64,000 bases of DNA from an uncultured beta proteobacterium (GTDB lineage Bacteria; Pseudomonadota; Gammaproteobacteria; Burkholderiales; Burkholderiaceae_C): contig CAWIOH010000023.1 in assembly GCA_963837675.1 (NCBI GenBank), forward strand, positions 62,559 to 126,558, read 5' to 3'. Below the pieces are notes generated by a model, which made no database searches, was not told the DNA's origin, and worked only from the letters and a program-made list of their open reading frames with translations. Position numbers and translations under genes: made by a program. Positions 16,776 to 26,796 of this stretch are shown piece by piece (position 1 is the first letter of the stretch; each line of letters starts with the position of its first letter).

Positions 16776-16880
16776 CGCCGAGGGCGGGCCCGCCGGTCGA
16801 TCCGAGCCGTCGCACCGTTAAAATCCGCGGTTTGCTGCGCGGCTCGCGTGTGCTTGCACTGCATTCCGCCTCGACGCGAC

Positions 16881-18182
16881 ATGGCACTCATCGTTCACAA
16901 GTACGGCGGCACCTCGATGGGCTCGACCGAGCGCATCCGCAACGTCGCCAAGCGCGTGGCCAAGTGGGTCACGCGCCGGCCACCAGATGGTCGTCGTGCC
17001 GTCGGCGATGAGCGGCGAGACCAACCGCCTGCTCGGCCTGGCCAAGGACCTGGCGCCCGAGGCACAGACGCCGCAGTCGCTGCGCGAACTGGACCTGATC
17101 GCCGCCACCGGCGAACAGGTGTCGGTGGGCCTGCTGGCGCTGGCGTTGCAGGCCGAGGGCCTGCAGGCGGTCAGCTACGCCGGCTGGCAGGTGCCGATCC
17201 GCACCGATTCGGCCTACACCAAGGCCCGCATCAGCGCATCGACGACGCGCGGGTGCGCGCCGATCTGGCCGGCGGGCAAGGTGGTCATCATCACCGGCTT
17301 CCAGGGCATCGACGAGCAAGGCCACATCACGACGCTGGGCCGCGGCGGCTCCGACACTTCGGCCGTGGCCGTGGCCGCGGCGATGAAGGCGGACGAGTGC
17401 CTGATCTACACCGACGTCGACGGCGTCTACACCACCGACCCGCGCATCGTGCCCGAGGCGCGGCGGCTGCAGACCATCAGCTTCGAGGAAATGCTGGAAA
17501 TGGCCAGCCTGGGCTCGCAAGGTGCTGCAGATCCGCTCGGTCGAGTTCGCCGGCAAGTACCGCGTGCCGCTGCGCGTGCTGTCGAGCTTCACGCCCTGGG
17601 ACATCGACCTCGACCGAGGAAGCCGCCTCCGGCACCCTGATCACCTTCGAGGAAGACGAAAAGATGGAACAAGCCGTCGTGTCGGGCATCGCGTTCAACC
17701 GCGACGAGGCCAAGATCACCGTCGTGGGCGTGCCCGACCGGCCAGGCATCGCCTACCAGATCCTGGGCGCCGGTGGCCGACGCCAACATCGACGTCGACG
17801 TCATCATCCAGAACGTCTCGCACGGTGGGCGCACCGACTTCTCCTTCACCGTGCAGCCGCAACGACTATCGCGCGCGCGCTGGAGCTGCTGAAGGCCAGC
17901 GTGGGCCCAGCGGCCGGCGCGGCCGAGGTGACCGGCGACCCGAAGATCTGCAAGGTGTCGATCGTCGGCATCGGCATGCGCAGCCACGTGGGTGTCGCGA
18001 GCAAGATGTTCCGCGCCCTGAGCGAAGAGGGCATCAACATCCAGATGATCACCACCAGCGAGATCAAGACCAGCGTCGTGATCGACGAGAAATACATGGA
18101 ACTGGCCGTGCGCGCGTTGCACAAGGCTTTCGAGCTGGAGGCGACGCCCGCCGGGCAGGGTGCCGCACAGCGCAGCAGTTAG
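16881..18182 (+). CDS. lysC: Aspartate kinase (apparent frameshifts)
   Basis: [24 protein letters not shown] and [12 protein letters not shown] motifs; C-terminal ACT domains. Confidence 0.95.
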   Translation: MALIVHKYGGTSMGSTERIRNVAKRVAKWVTRRPPDGRRAVGDERRDQPPARPGQGPGARGTDAAVAARTGPDRRHRRTGVGGPAGAGVAGRGPAGGQLRRLAGADPHRFGLHQGPHQRIDDARVRADLAGGQGGHHHRLPGHRRARPHHDAGPRRLRHFGRGRGRGDEGGRVPDLHRRRRRLHHRPAHRARGAAAADHQLRGNAGNGQPGLARCCRSARSSSPASTACRCACCRASRPGTSTSTEEAASGTLITFEEDEKMEQAVVSGIAFNRDEAKITVVGVPDRPGIAYQILGAGGRRQHRRRRHHPERLARWAHRLLLHRAAATTIARALELLKASVGPAAGAAEVTGDPKICKVSIVGIGMRSHVGVASKMFRALSEEGINIQMITTSEIKTSVVIDEKYMELAVRALHKAFELEATPAGQGAAQRSS

Positions 18183-18200
18183 AATTCACCGTCCTTCTGC

Positions 18201-18293
18201 GGAGCCGTGACCGAGTGGCCGAAGGTGCTCCCCTGCTAAGGGAGTATGTGGGCAAAACCTGCATCGAGGGTTCGAATCCCTCCGGCTCCGCCA
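18201..18293 (+). tRNA. tRNA-Ser(GCT)
   Basis: Acceptor stem GGAGCCG/CGGCTCC plus GCCA; anticodon arm CTCCC-CT-GCT-AA-GGGAG; long variable arm; GGTTCGAATCC T-loop. Confidence 0.97.
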
Positions 18294-18427
18294 GAACCAC
18301 GAGCGTCGATTGAGTTGGCCCTGGACTGACTGCACGCAGCGCAAGCCTATTTGGCGGCTGTCAGCGGGCAGCCAGCCGTTGGCTGTATCTTCAGGGTTTG
18401 GTGTCCCGAGTTGTCAAGGAGATGAAG

Positions 18428-19612
18428 ATGAGCAAGCGTGATGTCGTGGTTCTGGGTGCGGCGCGGTCCGCAGTAGGCAGTTTCGGTGGCTCGCTGTCCG
18501 ACATCGAACCGGCGGAATTGGCCGGCACGGTGATGAAGGAAGCGATCAAGCGCTCGGGCGTCGACCCGAAGGCCATCAACTATGTGACCGTGGGCAACAC
18601 CATTCCCACGGAAAGCCGCTTTCCCTATGTCGCCCGGGTGGCTTCGATCCAGGCCGGTCTGCCGATGGATTCGGTGGCCATGTCGGTGAACCGGCTGTGT
18701 TCGTCTGGCCTGCAAGGCATCGTCACGACGGCGCAGAACATCCTGCTCGGCGATTGCGATTACGGCATCGGCGGCGGTGTCGAGGTGATGAGTCGCGGTG
18801 GCTACCTGTCGCCGGCCATGCGCACGGGCGCGCGCATGGGTGACACCAAGTTGATCGACATGATGGTGGCCACGTTGACCGACCCCTTCGGCGTCGGTCA
18901 CATGGGCATCACGGCCGAGAACCTCGCTGCCAAGTGGGGCCTGACCCGGGAGGACCAGGACGCGCTGGCTGTGGAGTCGCACAGGCGCGCCGCGGCGGCC
19001 ATTGCCGAAGGGCGCTTCAAGTCGCAGATCGTGCCCATCGTCAAGCAAACGCGCAAGGGCGAGGTCACCTTCGACACCGACGAGCATGTCAAGCCGTCGA
19101 CTTCGATGGAAACCCTGGCCAAGATGAAGCCGGCGTTCAAGAAGGACGGGACGGTCACCGCGGGCAATGCCTCGGGCATCAACGACGGCGCCGCGTTCTT
19201 CGTCTTGGCCGATGCAACCGTCGCCGCAGCTGCTGGCCACAAGCCGATGGCCCGGCTTGTCTCGTATGCGGTCGCGGGTGTGCCGAACGAGATCATGGGC
19301 GAGGGCCCGATCCCGGCGAGCAAGATGGCGCTTAAGAAAGCCGGCCTGACGCTGGACAAGATGGATGTGATCGAGTCCAACGAAGCTTTTGCAGCGCAGG
19401 CGCTGGCAGTGGCGCGCGGGCTCGAACTGGACATGAAGAAGACCAATGTCAACGGCGGCGCGATCGCGTTGGGACATCCGATCGGTTGTTCGGGCGCATT
19501 TCTGGCGACCAAGGCGGTTTATGAACTGCATCGCAGCAACGGCAAGTACGCGCTGGTGACGATGTGCATCGGCGGCGGTCAAGGCATTGCCGCGGTGTTC
19601 GAGCGACTTTGA
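18428..19612 (+). CDS. bktB: Beta-ketothiolase (BktB-like)
   Basis: VNRLCSSG, NEAF, GHPIG and CIGGGQG thiolase motifs. Confidence 0.88.
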   Translation: MSKRDVVVLGAARSAVGSFGGSLSDIEPAELAGTVMKEAIKRSGVDPKAINYVTVGNTIPTESRFPYVARVASIQAGLPMDSVAMSVNRLCSSGLQGIVTTAQNILLGDCDYGIGGGVEVMSRGGYLSPAMRTGARMGDTKLIDMMVATLTDPFGVGHMGITAENLAAKWGLTREDQDALAVESHRRAAAAIAEGRFKSQIVPIVKQTRKGEVTFDTDEHVKPSTSMETLAKMKPAFKKDGTVTAGNASGINDGAAFFVLADATVAAAAGHKPMARLVSYAVAGVPNEIMGEGPIPASKMALKKAGLTLDKMDVIESNEAFAAQALAVARGLELDMKKTNVNGGAIALGHPIGCSGAFLATKAVYELHRSNGKYALVTMCIGGGQGIAAVFERL

Positions 19613-19646
19613 GGTCAACGCGAGCGTTTGCTCGCCGAACCAAGGA

Positions 19647-19673
19647 AAGCGGGCCCCGAACGGCCCGTTTCTT
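19647..19673 (+). terminator. Probable intrinsic terminator after the thiolase
   Basis: Stem AAGCGGGCC/GGCCCGTTT followed by CTT. Confidence 0.55.
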
Positions 19674-19749
19674 CATCCGTTGTAGGTACCAGCAATAGGT
19701 GCCAACGCGCTCGTCGAAGAATCAGGCACTTAGCGCGGGCTGGCGGCCT

Positions 19750-20472
19750 GGTTGCCAGCATCAACCTGCACGAACGCGCAGCTGCTGTGGCGGATGAAGA
19801 AGAATGCTGTCTTGCCGTGTGACAAGCGGCTGGCCGATGGCTCCTATCTGAGTCGCATCTACCCCTCGGAGAAAGACAAGCGGCACCAGACCAACGCGAT
19901 CCAGGTCAGGGTCATCGAATACCGCCTGGAAGGCGTGGCTGACGCCGAGCCGATCTATCGCTTGGCCACCAGTGTGATGGACACGCAGCAAGGCCCGGCA
20001 CAGGAGCTGGCTGCGCTGTACCACGAGCGATGGGAGATCGAGACGGCGCTGGACGAGCTCAAGACACACCTGCGCGGCGCCAAGATCGTATTGCGCAGCA
20101 AGACCCCCGACCTGGTGCGCCAGGAGTTCTACGGCCTTTTGATGGCCCACTTCGCCGTGCGCGCGCTGATGCACGAAGCGGCGCTGAAAGCGGACGTGGA
20201 CTGCGACACCTTGTCGTTCATCCACGCCGTGCGCGTCGTCAGGCGCAAACTCCCGGCGTTCAACGCTATTCCCCCCTGTGCAGAGGAAGGCGTTCCATGA
20301 GCGCGTGCTCGACGAGATCTTGCAGGAGCGGCTCGCCTGCCGCCGCGGCCGGCGCAATCTGCGCGGCGTCAAACGCAAGATGAGCAACTGGCCGCTTCGA
20401 CGATGTCACGCCAAACCACCGCAGTCAGTGATCATCAATCAGGCAATTCGGATTTTTAAGTGACGAGTATTG
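19750..20472 (+). mobile_element. Truncated IS4-family insertion sequence (3' half plus right end)
   Basis: YREK signature LYHERWEIETALDELK and RSKTPDLVRQE; right end TTAAGTGACGAGTATTG at 20456-20472; N-terminal half and left IR absent. Confidence 0.85.
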
Positions 20473-20520
20473 GGCCTAGGGCGAAGGCAATCCAGGTTTC
20501 TGCAGTCGGCCGGTACCCTG

Positions 20521-20670
20521 TCATTCGTGATTCGTCGGCCCCTCGACCTTCTCGAACCGAGGTCGCGCCACACCATCGACCTCCACCAGCTCGAAGAACA
20601 TGTCGAACGGGCGGACCCACATGCCTGTCAGGTTGTAGAGCGGTCGGTACAAGACCATCGGCTCAAGCGT
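20521..20670 (-). pseudogene. DUF1653-like protein, C-terminal remnant
   Basis: Translates to TLEPMVLYRPLYNLTGMWVRPFDMFFELVEVDGVARPRFEKV; the family N-terminus (YRHYKG) is absent. Confidence 0.65.
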
Positions 20671-20727
20671 CCCGCTTGGCCCGGGTTTGCGAACAGATGA
20701 GGGTCTGGCGAAGGTCCCGGGAAGTTC

Positions 20728-20794
20728 GTCGTTGGCAGGACCAACTTGGAAGCGTTGGCAGGCTTAGCTTGGGTCGTTGGCAGGGAAAGCTGGT
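20728..20794. repeat. Three imperfect 22-23 bp tandem repeats, core CGTTGGCAGG
   Basis: Cores start at 20730, 20753 and 20775, each followed by N3-A-R-CT(T)GG. Confidence 0.85.
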
Positions 20795-20837
20795 ACCGAC
20801 ACCGACATCCGTGAAGCGACGGATGAATCAGCACCGC

Positions 20838-20865
20838 AGTAGACATAATATACATCGTCGCGCAT
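20838..20865 (-). other. dif-like XerC/XerD recombination site
   Basis: Minus strand ATGCGCGACGA-TGTATA-TTATGTCTACT; central hexamer and TTATGT of the XerD arm equal E. coli dif, the XerC arm is degenerate. Confidence 0.6.
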
Positions 20866-20910
20866 GCGTGTCTGGCCGCGCCGACGCTGCAACGAGCGCT
20901 CCCCCAGCGC

Positions 20911-21150
20911 TCAGACCGGCTCCCCGGGCAGATCATCGAACACGAAGTCGTCAGATGACGACTCGACGTCCTTGTCGAAGGTCTCGGCGGCCTCAGCCAC
21001 GGCATGCGGCAGCAGCGGCTTGTCCAGCGGGCGGCACACGCGGCTTTGCAGACGCGCCAGGCGCTCGGAGCTTTCGATCGCCCTGAAGACCGATTGCGGG
21101 TCCATCAGCAGCGCAAAGGGGTTGCTGACACGAAGGTGCGGCTGGCTCAT
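20911..21150 (-). CDS. Small hypothetical protein (79 aa) with acidic C-terminus
   Basis: GAGGAG RBS; MSQPHLRVSNPFALLMDP...DDFVFDDLPGEPV. Confidence 0.6.
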   Translation of the reverse strand: MSQPHLRVSNPFALLMDPQSVFRAIESSERLARLQSRVCRPLDKPLLPHAVAEAAETFDKDVESSSDDFVFDDLPGEPV

Positions 21151-21273
21151 CGATGTTCTCCTCGCCGGGATTGGCATGGCTCACTCTATCGATGACACAG
21201 CACATGCCCAGTGGGTGGCCGACCATGCCGGCTGTCGGAAACACGCTGACAAGCCTGTCCGCGCCAGTCGGTG

Positions 21274-21897
21274 TCACTGCAGCAGCGGCAGCAACCAGAA
21301 CTTCTCGGCGTTGCGCGCCAGGTCGGCAGCACTCAGGTTGCGGTCGTTGAGCCGTTTCTTGTCGGCACCTCGCTGCACCAGCAACTTGACGCTTTCTTCC
21401 TCGCCATAGCGAACCGCCATCATCAGCGGCGTGTTGCCATTGGGGGCGACGGCATCGATGTCGCTGCCCTGATCGAGCAGGTAGGCCACCACAGCGACAT
21501 TCGGTCCGCTGGCCGCGTAGTGCAGCGGCGTCCAGCCCGGGCGTTTGATCCTGGCGCCGCGATCGGCGAGCCTCTTCGTCCAGTCCAGCCGGCCGCGCAG
21601 CGCGGCCATCATCACGGCGGTTTCGCCGGCGAAATTGACGGCATCGATCTTCAGGCTCGGGCTGGCCAGCAGCACCTCCGCCACCTGCAGCGATTCCTCG
21701 CGCATGGCCAGGAACAGGCCGGTCTGTCCGTATTCACTGAGCGTGTTGGGGTCGAAACCGCGCTCCAGCAGCGCCTGCACGCCGCTGGCGTTGTCCACGT
21801 CGACGGCTCTGAAAAAGTCGACATACGCATCGGCGTACGAATATGAAACTCCAATCAGGATAGATAGATACAAAGCACATTTAATGTAGATTCTCAC
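21274..21897 (-). CDS. Ankyrin-repeat protein
   Basis: GWTPLHYAA and GNTPLMMA repeats; GTGA overlap with the tatD stop. Confidence 0.9.
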   Translation of the reverse strand: MRIYIKCALYLSILIGVSYSYADAYVDFFRAVDVDNASGVQALLERGFDPNTLSEYGQTGLFLAMREESLQVAEVLLASPSLKIDAVNFAGETAVMMAALRGRLDWTKRLADRGARIKRPGWTPLHYAASGPNVAVVAYLLDQGSDIDAVAPNGNTPLMMAVRYGEEESVKLLVQRGADKKRLNDRNLSAADLARNAEKFWLLPLLQ

Positions 21898-22685
21898 AAC
21901 AGATCGACTCCTGTGCGGGCGAAAATGCGGGCGAAATTGCGGCGCGTGGCGTCGGCCACCTGCTCGACGTCCAGGCCTTTCAAGCTGGCCAGCGCCGAGG
22001 CCACATGCGCCACGTAGGCTGGCTGGTTGGTCTTGCCGCGGTGCGGCACCGGCGCCAGATAGGGGCTGTCGGTTTCGATCAGACAACGCTCCAAGGGCAC
22101 GCTGCGCGCCACTTGTCGCAGCGCTTCGGCATTCTTGAAACTGATGATCCCTGAAAACGAGATGTCAAAGCCCAAGTCCAGCGCCGCATCGGCCACCTCC
22201 TGGGTCTCGGTGAAGCAGTGGAACACACCCCGCACCTGGCCGGCACCCTCCTCGCGCAACAAGGCCAGGGTGTCCTGGCTGGCGCTGCGCGTATGCACCA
22301 CCAGCGGCAGTCCCGATTCGCGCGCGGCGCGGATGTGTACCCTGAAGCGCTCACGCTGCCAGGCCATCTGCGCGTGGCTACGCCCATTGAGCCGATAGTA
22401 GTCGAGCCCGGTCTCGCCGATGGCCACCACCTTGGGCAACGCGGCTCGCTGCAGCAGGCCCTCGACGGTGGGCTCTTCAACGCCTTCGTTGTCCGGATGC
22501 ACGCCCACGCTGGCCCAGAAGTCATCGTGCGCCAGGGCCAGCGCATGCACGGTGGCAAACTCTTCCAGCGTCGTGCAGATGCACAGCGCGCCAAGCACCT
22601 GGGCATCGTGCATCGCGCGGCGGATGTCGGCGATGCGCCCATGCAACTCGGGAAAGCTCAGGTGGCAATGCGAATCGACAAACAT
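21894..22685 (-). CDS. tatD: TatD-family DNase
   Basis: MFVDSHCH, GETGLDYY, HCFT and ETDSPYLAP motifs. Confidence 0.95.
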   Translation of the reverse strand: MFVDSHCHLSFPELHGRIADIRRAMHDAQVLGALCICTTLEEFATVHALALAHDDFWASVGVHPDNEGVEEPTVEGLLQRAALPKVVAIGETGLDYYRLNGRSHAQMAWQRERFRVHIRAARESGLPLVVHTRSASQDTLALLREEGAGQVRGVFHCFTETQEVADAALDLGFDISFSGIISFKNAEALRQVARSVPLERCLIETDSPYLAPVPHRGKTNQPAYVAHVASALASLKGLDVEQVADATRRNFARIFARTGVDLL

Positions 22686-22722
22686 GGGCGTGATTGTCAC
22701 GCCCGGCGGCCTGCCCGCCGCG

Positions 22723-23136
22723 CTACAGGGTCTGCGTGGGTTTCGACGACGAGATCGTCGTGCCCAGCAGTTCTTCGATCTTCAGCTTCAGCCCGCGTGT
22801 CTTCTCGTCGGCGGGGAAACGCACGCCCACGCCCTGGGTGCGCCCGCCCGAGGCGTTGCTGGGGGTGATCCAGGCCACCTTTCCAGCCACCGGGTAGCGT
22901 TGCGGGTCGTCGGGCAACGACAGCAGCAGATAGATGTCTTCACCCAAGCGGTACTCGCGCGCCGTGGGCACGAACAGGCCGCCATCGGTCAGCAGCGGAA
23001 TGTAGGCCGCATACAGCGCGCCCTTTTCGCGAAACACCAACTGGATGACGCTGGGACGGTTCGCCGTCACCACTGCGCCGGCCTGGGCCACGCCCGAGGG
23101 CGGCGTGCCGATGCGAGCGGAGGCGCGGTCGTTCAT
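22723..23136 (-). CDS. pilZ: Type IV pilus assembly PilZ protein
   Basis: ALYAAYIP..GGLFVPT and GKVAWITP motifs; holB-pilZ-tatD synteny. Confidence 0.9.
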   Translation of the reverse strand: MNDRASARIGTPPSGVAQAGAVVTANRPSVIQLVFREKGALYAAYIPLLTDGGLFVPTAREYRLGEDIYLLLSLPDDPQRYPVAGKVAWITPSNASGGRTQGVGVRFPADEKTRGLKLKIEELLGTTISSSKPTQTL

Positions 23137-23156
23137 CGCCTCAGTGTAGCCAATGC

Positions 23157-24203
23157 TCAGGCGCGCCTGGGCACGCGAGTCGTGTCTTCTTGCCAGCATG
23201 CGCTGCCTTCGGCAACCAGCGCTTCGGCCAGCAGGCCGTCGTTCCAGGGGTGCTCGTCGTGGCGCGCCACGCGAGCGAGCGTCTTCGCCCAGGCCGACAG
23301 CCGCGCCAGGTCGGCCTCAGGCGGGATCGCCGCCGCCGGAAAGTAGCGCGGCGCGCCGCCCGCCGTCCGAACCATGGCGTCGTGGCAGAGTTTCTGCAAG
23401 GCATCCAGCAATTGCGGCACCGGCCAGCCATGGAAGGCCGTCGCCCGCCCTTGCGACACGGCGCGCGGCAAAGACGCCCAGAGCGCCGCATCGATGCCCG
23501 CGGCGGCGAGAGCTTGCGCGCCGAGCGGCGCACCACCCGCGGCCGCCAACAGAAGCGGTGCGTCGGCCACGCCCCGTTCGGCCAGCCAGCGACTGGCCAT
23601 TTCGGAGGGCGGAGGCACCAGGCCGATGCGTTGACAGCGGCTGCGCAGCGTTGGCAACAGCAGGGCCGGATCGCGCGTGCCCAGCACCAGCCGCGCGCGG
23701 CCCGGCGGCTCTTCCAGTGTCTTCAGCAGCGCGCTGGCGGCCTGCAGGTTCATCGCCTCGGCCGGATGCAGCAGCATCACCTTGGCGCGGCCGCGCGACG
23801 AGGTCTGAACCACCCAGTCGATGGCACCGCGCACCTCGCCGATCCTGATCTGCCGGCTGGGCTTGGCCTTGCCGCGGCCGCCATCGCCATCTTCGCCCGC
23901 CTCGGCCCAACCCAACGACACGCGCAAGGCCTCGGGCAGCAGCAAGCGCAAATCAGGGTGCGCACGCGATCGCACCAGATGGCAGCTGCCGCAGTGGCCG
24001 CAGGGCTTGTCGTGGCCTTCGCCCTCGTCTTCGCACAGCCAGGCCTGGGCCAGCGCGAGCATGAACTCCAGCGCGCCGACGCCCTGTGGTGCTTGCACCA
24101 GCAAGGCGTGCGAGCGCTGCTGTGCGAGCGCCTGGCGCAGCGGTGTCCGCAGCCACGGCAGCGGCAGGGGTTGCGGCATGCGGCCGTCGTCGCCTACCAC
24201 CAT
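23157..24203 (-). CDS. holB: DNA polymerase III delta' subunit
   Basis: Zn motif [20 protein letters not shown] and LPTLRSRCQ. Confidence 0.93.
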   Translation of the reverse strand: MVVGDDGRMPQPLPLPWLRTPLRQALAQQRSHALLVQAPQGVGALEFMLALAQAWLCEDEGEGHDKPCGHCGSCHLVRSRAHPDLRLLLPEALRVSLGWAEAGEDGDGGRGKAKPSRQIRIGEVRGAIDWVVQTSSRGRAKVMLLHPAEAMNLQAASALLKTLEEPPGRARLVLGTRDPALLLPTLRSRCQRIGLVPPPSEMASRWLAERGVADAPLLLAAAGGAPLGAQALAAAGIDAALWASLPRAVSQGRATAFHGWPVPQLLDALQKLCHDAMVRTAGGAPRYFPAAAIPPEADLARLSAWAKTLARVARHDEHPWNDGLLAEALVAEGSACWQEDTTRVPRRA

Positions 24204-24808
24204 GGCCGCAGCAGCAACGCCTGCTCGATTTGCGCCCACACCGCATCGCGACTCTGCGCTGCGTCCAGGCGCACGAAGCGCAACGGCGCGCCGGTCATGC
24301 GTTCGGCATAGGCCTGGCGTACGCGGGCGAAGAAGGCCGCGTCCTGGCTCTCGAACCGGTCGGGCGCGCGGGCAGCACCGCGCCGCTCGGCGGCCAGTTC
24401 GGGCGGCAGATCGAACCACAGCGTCAGGTCGGGCTGGCGCTCTTCCTGCACCCAGGATTCGAGCTGCGCCAGCACGGCAGCGTCGAAACCCCTGCCCCCG
24501 CCTTGGTAGGCAAAGGTGGCGTCCGTGAAGCGGTCGCACAGCACCACGGCGCCGCGCGTCAGTGCCGGCAGGATGCGAAGCTGCAAATGGTCGCGCCGCG
24601 CGGCGAAAACCAGCAGCGTCTCGGTCAGCGCATCCATGGTCTGGTGCAGCAGCAGCCCACGGAGTTGCTCGGCCAAAGCCGTACCGCCAGGCTCGCGCGT
24701 CAGCAAGACTTCCAGTCCACGCTGTCGAATCCAGGCCTCGAGCGCGGCAATGTGGGTGGACTTGCCGGCACCGTCGATGCCTTCGAAGGTGATGAGCCGC
24801 CCGCTCAA
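24194..24808 (-). CDS. tmk: Thymidylate kinase
   Basis: [18 protein letters not shown] and [12 protein letters not shown] motifs. Confidence 0.96.
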   Translation of the reverse strand: MSGRLITFEGIDGAGKSTHIAALEAWIRQRGLEVLLTREPGGTALAEQLRGLLLHQTMDALTETLLVFAARRDHLQLRILPALTRGAVVLCDRFTDATFAYQGGGRGFDAAVLAQLESWVQEERQPDLTLWFDLPPELAAERRGAARAPDRFESQDAAFFARVRQAYAERMTGAPLRFVRLDAAQSRDAVWAQIEQALLLRPWW

Positions 24809-25824
24809 GGGCCGGCCTTTCGCTGGTAGATGTTCACGGCACGATTATGGTCGGCCAGGTTGTCGCTGAAGTGGCTGCTGCCGTCGCCGCGCGCCACGAA
24901 GTACAGGGCCTTGGTCGGCGTCGGTTGCGTCACGGCCTGCAGCGAGCGCTGGCTCGGCATGGCGATCGGCGTGGGCGGCAAGCCCGGCCGGGTGTAGCTG
25001 TTGTAGGCGCCATCGGCCAGCAGGTCGCGCTTGCGCAGGTTGCCGTCGAAGGCTTCGCCGAGGCCATAGATCACGGTCGGGTCGCTTTGCAGCGGCATGC
25101 CGATGCGCAACCGGTTCAGGAACACACCCGCCACCAAGCCGGGGTCGTCCTTCGGCCCGCTTTCCTTTTCGACGATCGATGCCAGGATCAGCGCCTCCTG
25201 AGGGTTGCGCAACGGCGTGTCGGGCGCACGCTGCGACCAGACGGCATCCAGCCGGCGCTGCATCGTGGCCTCCGCGCGGCGCAGCAGCGTCAGGTCGCTG
25301 ACGCCGCGGCTGTAGGCATAGGTGTCGGGAAAGAAGCGCCCTTCCCCCGCGACGCCGGGCTGATCCAGCGCCTGCATCAACTCGGCCTCGCTCATGTCGC
25401 GGCTGCGGTGCTGGAGGTGCGGCGCCCCCGCCAGCGCGGCTCGCAGCTGGCGCAATGTCGAGCCTTCGGCGAAGCGCAGCTTTTCCAGCGTTTCGTCACC
25501 CTGCACCATCTTGGCAAGCAACTGCCGTGGCGAGGTGCCGGAATCGATCTCGTAGCTGCCAGCGCGGATGCGCCGCGATTGCCCCGACCAGCGAAACCAC
25601 TGGTACAGGATCTTCGGGTCCGTCATCACGCCGGCCTTGACCCAGGCTTCGGCCACTTCGCGCGGTGCAGTGCCGGATTCGATCGACAGCTCCACCGATG
25701 GCGAGGCCAGCGTCAGCGGCCGGTCGAGCCAGCGCCAGGCCAGCACAGCGGCCAGGCCGACCCCGAGGGCCATCAGGGCCAGAGCCGTGAGCAGCCGGCG
25801 CGACCCCTTGGACAGCGAAATCAT
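24805..25824 (-). CDS. mltG: Endolytic transglycosylase MltG
   Basis: N-terminal TM helix, [17 protein letters not shown] and GLPPTPI motifs. Confidence 0.95.
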   Translation of the reverse strand: MISLSKGSRRLLTALALMALGVGLAAVLAWRWLDRPLTLASPSVELSIESGTAPREVAEAWVKAGVMTDPKILYQWFRWSGQSRRIRAGSYEIDSGTSPRQLLAKMVQGDETLEKLRFAEGSTLRQLRAALAGAPHLQHRSRDMSEAELMQALDQPGVAGEGRFFPDTYAYSRGVSDLTLLRRAEATMQRRLDAVWSQRAPDTPLRNPQEALILASIVEKESGPKDDPGLVAGVFLNRLRIGMPLQSDPTVIYGLGEAFDGNLRKRDLLADGAYNSYTRPGLPPTPIAMPSQRSLQAVTQPTPTKALYFVARGDGSSHFSDNLADHNRAVNIYQRKAGP

Positions 25825-25846
25825 GGGCGGCGATCATAATCGGCGC

Positions 25847-26788
25847 ATGCCCGAAGACACTCTGGATGCGCACAGTTTTGACGGCGCGCTGCGCCTTGCC
25901 GATTGGGGCGTGATTCGCGCCGAAGGCCCTGATGCCGCAAGCTTTCTGCACGGCCAGTTGACCCAGGACATCACGCACCTGGACACCGGCCAAGCCCGGC
26001 TTGCCGGCTACTGTTCGGCGAAGGGACGCTTGTTGGCCACCTTCATGGTCTGGCGCGCATTGCCGGATCAGATCCTCTTGGCCTGCAGCGCCGACCTGCT
26101 GCCGGCCACGCTAAAGCGTCTGGCGATGTTCGTGTTGCGCGCCAAGTGCAAGCTCAGCGACGCCAGCGAACAGGTGCTGCTGCACGGAGCGGCCGGCGCT
26201 TCCGCGGCCCGATGGCTGGGCGACGGTGCGAGTGCCGCTCCGTGGACGCTGGCCACCCTGGGTACGGCGCAGGTCTTCCGGCTGTCCGATGCCGCTGGCG
26301 CGCCGCGCTGGCTGGTGGCGGCGCCGGCCGCCGAAGCACCGCCATTGCCGGCGCTGGACGCCGCAGCCTGGGCCTGGCTGGAGGTCCTCAGTGGCGTGCC
26401 GCGCGTCACCGCCGCCACGGCCGAGCAGTTCGTTCCGCAGATGCTGAACCTCGAACTACTGGGCGGCGTCAATTTCCAGAAGGGCTGTTACCCGGGCCAG
26501 GAAATCGTGGCGCGCAGCCAGTATCGCGGCACGATCAAGCGGCGCACCTATCTGTTCAGCAGCCCCGCAGCGCTTGCGCCCGGCATGGAGGTGTTCCACG
26601 GCGGTGACGCAGCGCAGCCGGCCGGCATGGTGGTGCTGGCGGCGTCGGCGCCTTTCGGGCGGCACGCCGCATTGGTGGAGTTGAAGATCTCCGCGCTCGA
26701 CGGCGGCGACCTGCGCGCCGGCAGCATCGACGGACCGCCGCTGTCAGCGCGAGCCCTGCCCTACCCGCTCGATGCCGAAGTCGCATAG
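25847..26788 (+). CDS. ygfZ: Folate-binding Fe-S repair protein YgfZ
   Basis: FLHGQLTQD and KGCYPGQE motifs. Confidence 0.92.
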   Translation: MPEDTLDAHSFDGALRLADWGVIRAEGPDAASFLHGQLTQDITHLDTGQARLAGYCSAKGRLLATFMVWRALPDQILLACSADLLPATLKRLAMFVLRAKCKLSDASEQVLLHGAAGASAARWLGDGASAAPWTLATLGTAQVFRLSDAAGAPRWLVAAPAAEAPPLPALDAAAWAWLEVLSGVPRVTAATAEQFVPQMLNLELLGGVNFQKGCYPGQEIVARSQYRGTIKRRTYLFSSPAALAPGMEVFHGGDAAQPAGMVVLAASAPFGRHAALVELKISALDGGDLRAGSIDGPPLSARALPYPLDAEVA

Positions 26789-26796
26789 GCGCACCC

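Noticed and set aside
20728-20794. Mini CRISPR array
   Set aside because: The period is only 22-23 bp, there are no spacer-length unique segments, and no cas genes are present.
18201-21270. Intact genomic island integrated at tRNA-Ser(GCT)
   Set aside because: No integrase gene, and I found no direct repeat of the tRNA 3' end downstream.
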